Below, one piece after another: positions 48,246 through 56,663 of a stretch of 56,663 nt of DNA. The DNA lies in contig NC_057749.1 of the NCBI RefSeq assembly GCF_004010195.1, positions 18,882,929 through 18,939,591 of the forward strand, in the 5' to 3' direction. This DNA is from Chiloscyllium plagiosum. Lineage: Eukaryota. Position 1 is the stretch's first letter, and each line of letters begins with the position of its first letter. A program made the translations under genes and the position numbers. Below the pieces are notes generated by a model. The model was not told where the DNA came from, did no database searches, and saw only the letters and a program-made list of their open reading frames with translations.

Positions 48246-50437
48246 CCGTATATACCCGTGCATATGCCAACCTCATGTATACGTTGGACCCTTATTTTTG
48301 GCCAAAAATCTGGTATGTTTCATATAAGTCGACCCTAGTTTTTCAGGGTTTTTTTTCCTAACCATATATACATCCTTAAAGGCCATAATTTGCACATTTT
48401 TGATGCAAATATAAAAGCATCTTATGGCAGCCCTCGACCTTGTCTCCCTGCTGTTGCCTCATTTTCTTAGAAGTAGGTATTGCATACAGTTGTGCTTTGA
48501 ACATGTTGTGAAACTCCCCCAAACTTTGCTGACAAAACGGGATTCCGAAGAAACCAGTATGCACCACCGTTTAAACTGAAAGTTATTGTAGTTGCAGAGA
48601 AGAATAACAATAGCGTAGCTGCAAAGGAATTCTGTGTTTCTGAAAAACCTGTCCGAGCTTGGAGGAAAAAAGCTACACAGTTAAAGGCTATGCCAAAACA
48701 GAAGTATGCAAACCGAGGAAAGCTGAACCAGTGGCCACAACCAGAAGAAAAGATTGCTGACTGGATAATTCAGTGTTGTCCGACTGGAAGCATACTGACT
48801 CGACAGTGTATAAGAATGCATGCCAAAAATGAAGCAAAAAAAATGGATTCAGTGATTTCAAAGCCAGTGCTGGATGGTACAGTAGGTTTATGAAAAGGTA
48901 TGATCCAGTGCTTAGACAGAAAACCAAGATTGCCCAACATCTACCAGCAGAACTTAACGACAAGGTTAATAGGGTCCATCGCTTTGTCGTCAGAACTTGG
49001 AAGGAAAATGGGTACAGGTTCGCATGCATCGGCAATCTGGACGAAACTCCAATGAACTTTGATATGGCAGACAACAGAACTGTGGACAAGAGTGGAGCAC
49101 CTGCAGTTTTTTTTTGTCTCTAACCAAGATTGGAGCAAAAACAGTTTTGGTTAAGACTACTGTCATGAAAGGAGTTGATTCCCTGTGGTACTTGGTTGTA
49201 TGGCAGATCGAACAAAATTAAAGCCTATGGTGATTTTTAAGTGGAAAACTCTGCCCAAACAGAAATTTCCCAAAGGCATTGTTGTCCTCATCCATTAAAA
49301 AGGGTGGATGGATGAAGGTGACTGCAAGACTTGGATTAAGGAGGTCTGGAATAAGCAACCAGGTGGACTTAGAAAGGAAAAAAACGCTTACTGGTTTTGG
49401 GATATGTTCAGATCACACAGAGTAATAAGTGTTATCAGTGAACTTCGAGCTAACAATTCTGACATTGCAGTGATTCCTGGAGGCCATATGACCTTTTAAG
49501 GATTTAGTACGGAAGAAATGGGACACTTTGGATGCAAGAAGGGGAAGAAAGCTTCACAAAGGGTGGCAATGTGTACTCCATTACTTGCAACTGTATGTGA
49601 GTGAATTGTTGAGTCCTGGAAGGAGATGAAAACTGAAATCATTGTGAAAGCCTTCAAAAAATGTGAAATTTCTAATGCTTTCGATGGTACGGAGGATGAC
49701 TGTATGGTCAGATGGAAGTGATGACAAATCAATTGATGATCCCCTTGACAGTGCAGATGAGGATGATCCATACGACGATATGGTTGACCCATACAACTGG
49801 AATGAATTATTCTGTGGTGCAACTGATGAGGACAGTGAGTTTGAAGGATTCTAATGGACTTTTGCATTACTGGTAACTTATAGTTTTAAGCAGCTATCCC
49901 ATAATATTTGTGATATACGGTGAGAAGAGTTTTTTTTGCTGTGAATATTAGTTTTTTTAATGTAAAGTATTTTTCGTATACTATTAACAGTTTCATGCGG
50001 TCGTCTTTTAATAAAATACTATCAAACTATTTTTGTTTTTACTGTTCCTCTGTTTTAATTTCATGAATTGTGTGTTGTACAAATACCCCAGGTAGATGGC
50101 CTGACCACCTGCTGGTATGCCTATTAACTTTTGCACATCTATGTACACCTACATGCACATTACGGTACTGGTAACTGGAAAACGGTACGACAGTACCGTT
50201 CTACTGTAGCAAGCAGAATGGAGACCGTTATTTTGCAGATTAATATTCAATAATAGCCATAATTCTTTTTCCTTTTGTTGTTTATAATTTTATATAGAGA
50301 TCTGGCTCTTCATTTTTTTTGACTCATGCCAAGCTTGAATTCCATCCCCTCAAACAATAACTCGTGTATAAGTCGACCCCCTAATTTCAGCCTGGAAAAC
50401 GGTCTCCAAAACTCGACCTATGCACGAGTATATACGG
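48246..50437 (+). mobile_element. pogo/Tc2-type (POGK-like) DNA transposon with both ends intact and a decayed transposase
   Basis: TIRs CCGTATATACCCGTGCATA / TATGCACGAGTATATACGG and TA TSDs (48244-45, 50438-39). Frameshifted ORF has a Brinker-like DBD (YAPPFKLKVI..AAKEFCVSEKPVRAWRK), a CENP-B-type HTH (WPQPEEKIADWI; FKASAGW..RFMKR), DDE_1 motifs (IGNLDETP, GWMDE, WDMFRSH, IPGG) and an acidic tail. Confidence 0.93.
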
Positions 50438-52013
50438 TAGCTCCCCAACTATACTTGTGCAATAGCATGTCACTTCATCGGAGCTGCAATTATTTCACGT
50501 GGACAACAAAGTGCCTTATTGTCAACTATGAATTGCATATTAAAATAAATTATTGGACTCCTGTCAGTTATCTGATTGTTCAGGTCCTTGCCTATCTTGA
50601 TGCCTGTCCAGAAGCAGATACAGTTTTCTAAATTGAATTGCCCTGGAAAGGACTTCACTCCCACCATAGATCGACAGTTTATGTTTTTGGCATGGTGCTG
50701 GTGTTGAAGTGCAGGATAAGAAATTTGTATTGTTTTGGAATTGGCATTTTGTGGAGTAGAATTATTCTATTAAATGCTTTTTAAAAATTATTTAAGTTCA
50801 ACAAAAATAACTGATGCTGAATATAATATGGTTATAACCGACTATGGCGCAATATAACCAATCCAACTGTAGAGAGAAAAGACGCACAATCCTTTTGTGT
50901 GTAACTTTTATCACAGCTGAAATTGATCAAACCTGTTTTTCTTTTGTATACATCTGTGTTTACTGCCACCCCTACCTCATCTTTTAAGTCTAAATCTCCC
51001 ATTTATAAAGCAGGTGGACAACTGTTAATCCAGAAACTCTCAGGAAGAATTCTCTCTCCCTCACCTGCTGTTCCAATTCCTAAGGGAAGTGGGGAGAAGA
51101 GGGTGTGCTGAGGAAGGGGCAACAGCAACAGTTGCACAACACAGAAATGAATAGCACTAGTTTCCTGTCCCCGTGCATAATGATGACATTAGCTCCACCT
51201 ACTTCCTGTTCCAGTGCATTGGCAGGAGCTGGTGTTTTTCATCAACTGCAGGATGTGCACACTCAGCTCATGTAGGTAACGTGCCTGTGATGCTGCAGGT
51301 AACTGTGTGTATCTGAAACGCCAGCTTAATTGTTGCATTTCAGGTTTCTAGCACATGTGGTTTTCTCTGCTCAGGTGCAACTTGAGTTCTGCCAAGATTA
51401 TCAATTCAGGGATATGATGGGTAAGAAGGAAGCTGCAAACATCAGAGATAAGATTTAGGGTCCACTGCATCTATCTGTCAATTCTAGATGTGTTAGATTG
51501 TTTTTTTAATGGAGAATGAGTTATGCATACATCTTAAAAGAGGAAGAAAGGTACTTGCCATCACACTGTCTCAAACTTGGCAGGTAAAGTGTTGTTGAGA
51601 ATATGAAAATGATAAACTGAAGTTCGCTTATTTGATGAAAGTCATAACAGTCGCTGATGTGTAGCTCTTTCATTCCCATTTTTCTAGATTATCTGCATGT
51701 ATTGAATATCTAAATATGAAGATCCACTGTTGACAAGTAATTCAGACTTTTGTATCAAGAAGCCCCACAAATTAAATTGATGTGATCTTTGCAAAGCCAG
51801 AGCTGAAACACAATACACTTCACTTAAAAGAATTAGAGTCATAGAGTTTACAGGAAAGTACCTCGTCATTTGAAAATATATTTGTGGTCACTATACTTCA
51901 CCGATTGGTTGCTGGGTAATGATTTGTAGAATATCATGGTGAGAGTGAACACTTTTTTTCTTTATACCTTGCAGTTTTATAGAGTAAATGAAATACCTTT
52001 GGTTTATTTCCAG

Positions 52014-52103
52014 GATACAAGGTTGAAAGAAGGGATTGTGAAGTTGAAACCACATGAAGAGCCTCTTAGGTCTGAACTGCTGAGTGGCAAATTCACCATC
52101 TTG
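52014..52103 (+). CDS. ptpn9: PTPN9/PTP-MEG2 coding exon (exon 3 equivalent)
   Basis: ttccag acceptor ending 52013 and gtaagt donor at 52104. 90 nt, in frame with the previous exon. Translates DTRLKEGIVKLKPHEEPLRSELLSGKFTIL versus recalled human ETRRKEGIVKLKPHEEPLRSEILSGKFTIL. Confidence 0.96.
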
Positions 52104-52950
52104 GTAAGTTTGTGGTTTGTCTTTTCCTTTATGATTTTCCAACTTGGTGGTGGTTGGGAGCACCATAAACAGGAAATGTTATCCTTTGCTGTATGATTTA
52201 GCATTTATAGTTCACCAGATCGTGAATTAAACATTTATACATGGAATCATAGTTCCAGGGAACAGGGATCTAAATAGTACCCCACAGGGACTTTTTGGCA
52301 GAAGTTTGAAGAGAAAGCTACTGACATTGTTCGATTCTACCTCCTTCCCAAGATCCACAAGCCTGACCACCCTGGCCGACCCATTGTCTCAGCATGCTCC
52401 TGCCCCACTGAACTCATCTCCACCTACCTCGACACTGTCCTATCCCCCCTAGTCCAGGAACTCCCCACATACGTTCAAGCCACCACCCACGCCCTGCACC
52501 TCCTCCAAGACTTCCGTTTCCCCGGCCCCCAACGCCTCATCTTCACCATGGATATCCAATCCCTCTACACCTCCATCCGCCATGACCAGGGCCTCCAAGC
52601 CCTCCGTTTGTTTCCTCTCCCGATGTCCCCAACAGTACCCTTCCACCGACACACTCATTCGTTTGGCCGAACTGGTCCTCACCCTTAACAATTTCTCCTT
52701 TGAATCCTCCCACTTCCTCCAGACCAAAGGGGTAACCATATGAGCCCCAGCTATGCCTGTCTCTTTGTTGGCTACGTAGAGCAGTTGACCTTCCGTAATT
52801 ACACCGGCACCACTCCCCACCTCTTCCTCCGCTACATTGATGACTGCATTGGCACCACCTCGTGCTCCCGCGAGGAGGTTGAGCAATTCATCAACTTCAC
52901 CAACACATTCCACCCTGACCTTAAATTTACCTGGACCATCTCCGACACCT

Positions 52951-53633
52951 NNNNNNNNNNNNNNNNNNNNNNNNNNNNNNNNNNNNNNNNNNNNNNNNNN
53001 NNNNNNNNNNNNNNNNNNNNNNNNNNNNNNNNNNNNNNNNNNNNNNNNNNNNNNNNNNNNNNNNNNNNNNNNNNNNNNNNNNNNNNNNNNNNNNNNNNNN
53101 NNNNNNNNNNNNNNNNNNNNNNNNNNNNNNNNNNNNNNNNNNNNNNNNNNNNNNNNNNNNNNNNNNNNNNNNNNNNNNNNNNNNNNNNNNNNNNNNNNNN
53201 NNNNNNNNNNNNNNNNNNNNNNNNNNNNNNNNNNNNNNNNNNNNNNNNNNNNNNNNNNNNNNNNNNNNNNNNNNNNNNNNNNNNNNNNNNNNNNNNNNNN
53301 NNNNNNNNNNNNNNNNNNNNNNNNNNNNNNNNNNNNNNNNNNNNNNNNNNNNNNNNNNNNNNNNNNNNNNNNNNNNNNNNNNNNNNNNNNNNNNNNNNNN
53401 NNNNNNNNNNNNNNNNNNNNNNNNNNNNNNNNNNNNNNNNNNNNNNNNNNNNNNNNNNNNNNNNNNNNNNNNNNNNNNNNNNNNNNNNNNNNNNNNNNNN
53501 NNNNNNNNNNNNNNNNNNNNNNNNNNNNNNNNNNNNNNNNNNNNNNNNNNNNNNNNNNNNNNNNNNNNNNNNNNNNNNNNNNNNNNNNNNNNNNNNNNNN
53601 NNNNNNNNNNNNNNNNNNNNNNNNNNNNNNNNN
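52951..53633. other. Assembly gap (N run)
   Basis: 683 Ns inside the PLE. Confidence 0.99.
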
Positions 53634-53834
53634 AGTTCCAAACTTCCAGCTCAGCACTGTCCCCATGACTTGTCCTACCTGCCTATCTTATTTTCCACCT
53701 ATCCACTCCACCCTCTCCTCCCTGACCTATCACCTTCATCCCCTCCCCCACTCACCTATTGTACTCTATGCTACTTTCTCCCCAACCCCACCCTCCTCTA
53801 GCTTATCTCTCCACGCTTCAGGCTCTCTGCCTTT

Positions 53835-53870
53835 ATTCCTGATGAAGGGCTTTTGCCCGAAACGTCGGTT
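53835..53870 (+). ncRNA. Minimal type I hammerhead ribozyme motif in a PLE pLTR, core intact
   Basis: CTGATGA(53839-45)-A-GGGC tttt GCCC-GAAA-CG-TC(53865-66); weak helix I. Confidence 0.65.
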
Positions 53871-55266
53871 TTACTGCTCCTCGGATGCTGCCTGAACTGC
53901 TGTGCTCTTTCAGCACCACTAATCCAGATACTGACATTGTTGCTGGGTAATACAGTAGGGTCCAATTATCAGTTCATGGATACTGTTCTGCCTATATTCA
54001 CTTAAAGAGTAGCTAGGTAAGCACATGAGGGAGGACAAACAAAGTGAGATAAAGAGGGAGGCAGGATGGCACTCCTATAAAGTATAAATCCCAGTAGAGA
54101 CCAGTTCAACCTGTCTCTGAGCTGTAAATCCTATGTGATTGGACAACTAAGAGATGTGATCGATAAAGTTGAGTTTGCAGCAGTGATGGCATATTTGCAA
54201 TAATCTTGGCCCTAATTGACTCTTGTTTGAGTATGGTTTTGTTCTTATTCTGCTTGACTGTGTGATTGCAGTCCTTGCTTCAGTCTCTTCCATGACACTT
54301 GATGCTTTCTTGAAGAAGTAATGCCTGTTCTTGGCTGTGTTGAAATAGATTTTCATCCCTCTCTGTTATATTCCTTGGAGGCCTGATGTAAATCCCAGTA
54401 GTTTTGGGAGTGTCAGAGCAGCAGTGAGCCATTTTGGCAACTTTCACAATTTTGTTTCCTCCTTTGACCCAGTGGTGATGGCCTAGTTACCTCTCTGAGA
54501 AGTTAGTAGATCAATTTTACCACAATTATGAGCTCATTTTCAGATAAAAATGTCTACATATCATAATTAAAAATCGTACCTTTTTTCTGTAGCTCAAATT
54601 ACTGCTCCATGGGATGAAGAGGACAATATTGACATGAGATGCCCTGATTAGAGAGCATGACTACAACTGTATAAAATAAACATGGTTAGGAAGATTCTAG
54701 AAATGACTCTTTGTGATTTACTGGAAAATGTATGTACAATGCATTCCAAAAGTGCAGTGAAATTTTATTTATTCATTCGTTCATTTAGATACAATGATGG
54801 AAAGGCAGAAACTTTCCTACCTCCCACCTTGGGGTTTTTTCCAGGTCTCCACCTTCGTTCTACCTGAGAAGGATGTGATATTACATAAGTGCTTCTTGGA
54901 CAGGATAAGGAAGGAGAAAAGTGAAAGAAATTTGCGATCAGGAAGTAGCAGCTTTAGGATGGAAGAAACTTAACATGGATTTATTTGTAGGCAATTGTGA
55001 CAACAATGTAAAAGCATCTTTGATCACAAGCTTAAAACTAAAAATCATAAATTTCTGAAGGCTTAAAATTTATTACATTGAATTGGATCAAGTTTAGAAT
55101 TGTATTTTATCTAAAATGATTCCAGCAATGCATTTGTTCCTCTAACTTCTCTTGGCATTAATTTGCAGAGTATTGCATCAAATGGACAGTTTTTGTTGCT
55201 GGAAAAATCAAAAGCTTGGCATACGAAAAAGTTATTTAACATTAAAGCTTTAATTAAATGTTTAAG

Positions 55267-56663
55267 TTTTTTTTAATAGATATTTTTATTAGAAATTTAA
55301 CAGTTTTACAAGTTTACAAAAATAAACAAAACTCTCAAGTACAAACATTGATATACAATTAAATCTTAAATATATAATAACCAAAATTTAACAAAAGAAA
55401 AATACAGAGGAAAAAAAAAACAAAACTCAACTAACTACTAATCTAACCTCCAACTAACTGGAGTGTATATTTAAGTCTCTTACATTATTCAAATAAGATA
55501 AAGAGAAAAAAAAAACAGCAGATAACATAGAAATTGGGTAGTGAGGTACATGCTCGGAATGTGTTAACATCAAATGTAACAAAACCCGTATTCGTGCGGG
55601 ATTCCTCTCCCAAGGGGCCCCGGACTGGCCAGGTTCGTAATCTCAATTAAATAAAAGCTCTTGTTAGGATAGCCGAAATATCTGTATTCATGTAATTCTA
55701 GAAGGGCTGCCATATTTTATAAAATAATTCGGTCTTTCGGTGCACCATATTTGTAAGGAAGTCAAGGGGAATACATTCCATAATTAATCTGTGCCAATTT
55801 GAAAGTCCAGGGGGGCCCTCAGCCACCCAGTTTACCAAAATATTTTTCCTTGCCCAGAAAGAGAGAATAAAAAATAGTCTCTTCCCATGCATGTCCAGGG
55901 AGGATAAGTTCGAAAAGCCTAAAATGAGAGATACGGGGTCCACTTTAATTTCCGTTCCTAAAATTTCTGTCAGGGCACTTGCTACTTTAGTCCAGTATCT
56001 GCGGATCTTATGACAGGTCCATAGACAATGTACAAGAGTGCCCATCTCTATTTTACATTTGGGACACATAGGAGATGCCCCTGCCCTAAATTTTGCCAAT
56101 CGATCTGGTGCTATATTGGCCCAATGAAGTATCTTCAGCTGGATAGCCTGAGTTCTGTTACAGATAGTGATTCTTCTAGCGTTTTCCCAAATGTCATTCC
56201 ACATATCTGTAGAGATTTCTAGTCCCAATTCCTGATCCCATGTTTTAAGCAGATTGTCCATATCTCCCGATACTTCATCATTTAGTAAATGATAAATAGT
56301 ACTGATGGAGGATACCCCCATTGTCGTAGTACTCTACATTCTCTATCTGATTTATAAAGACTATCTAATAACGTAGTCTTCTTCTGTATATAGTCTCGAA
56401 TTTGGAAGAATCGATAGAGGTCTCCATTAGGTAATCCGAATTTTTGATGCAGCTATTCAAAAGACATCAGGACCCCATCTTTAAATAGGTCCCCTAGACA
56501 TGAAATACCCCTGGGATCTTCAGAGTTTAAAAGAGGCATCTGTAAACCCCGGTTGGAATCCCCATGCTCCCACTATCGACGCATAGGGGGATGTTTTATG
56601 TGAGTTGCCCTCATTTTGCCGCATTATATTCCAAGCTTTAATTGTATTTAGTATTATAGGGTT
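55267..56663 (-). mobile_element. L1/Tx1-clade LINE 3' end (ORF2 C-terminus, 3' UTR, poly(A))
   Basis: Minus ORF 55698-56321 has a zf-RVT-like CPKCKIEMGTLVHCLWTC and IQLKILH..ARKNILVNW motifs. AATAAA and an A-rich tail lie on the minus strand near 55267-55290. Continues beyond the window. Confidence 0.9.

Larger units (their letters stand above)
52332..53928 (+). mobile_element. 5'-truncated Penelope-like element (RT plus pLTR), spanning an assembly gap
   Basis: RFYLLPKIHKPDHPGRPIVS, FTMDIQSLYT, PSYACLFVG, FLRYIDD; 13-bp TSD tactgacattgtt (52319-31 / 53929-41). Confidence 0.95.

Noticed and set aside
1..53870. Selection against sense-strand hammerheads in the ptpn9 pre-mRNA
   Set aside because: Intact and mutated cores occur on both strands, many lesions are ordinary CpG decay, and the sample is too small.
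52449..53895. Long ORFs of 269-405 aa in the ORF track
   Set aside because: Artefacts of translating through the 683-N gap; the real part is frameshifted PLE RT.
52104..56663. ptpn9 exon 4
   Set aside because: No splice-bounded segment encoding an NVRDPTGASIALFTA-like peptide was found; it is probably downstream of the window.

Overview
Eukaryotic, repeat-rich genomic DNA from a cartilaginous fish. HE1-type SINEs and HER1/CR1 LINEs indicate an elasmobranch, probably a shark. It is a draft assembly with two N-gaps. The only host-gene signal is two + strand coding exons of ptpn9 (PTP-MEG2, N-terminal Sec14/CRAL-TRIO region), at 45184-45327 (144 nt) and 52014-52103 (90 nt). The window is therefore most likely >45 kb of intron 1, exon 2, intron 2, exon 3 and the start of intron 3. 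The rest is decayed transposable elements: CR1/HER1, RTE and L1-clade LINEs, HE1 and other tRNA-derived SINEs, two solo LTRs, a pogo/Tc2-type DNA transposon and many Penelope-like element (PLE) pieces. The most interesting structure is in the PLEs. At least three sequence-unrelated families carry a minimal hammerhead-ribozyme core with a covarying palindromic helix III. They insert as short hairpins with 11-18 bp target duplications, and two of them appear to have copied neighbouring host DNA during insertion. An initiator-tRNA/HE1 chimera is also present. Family names come from remembered consensus motifs, not database searches. Repeat boundaries without a stated TSD are approximate.
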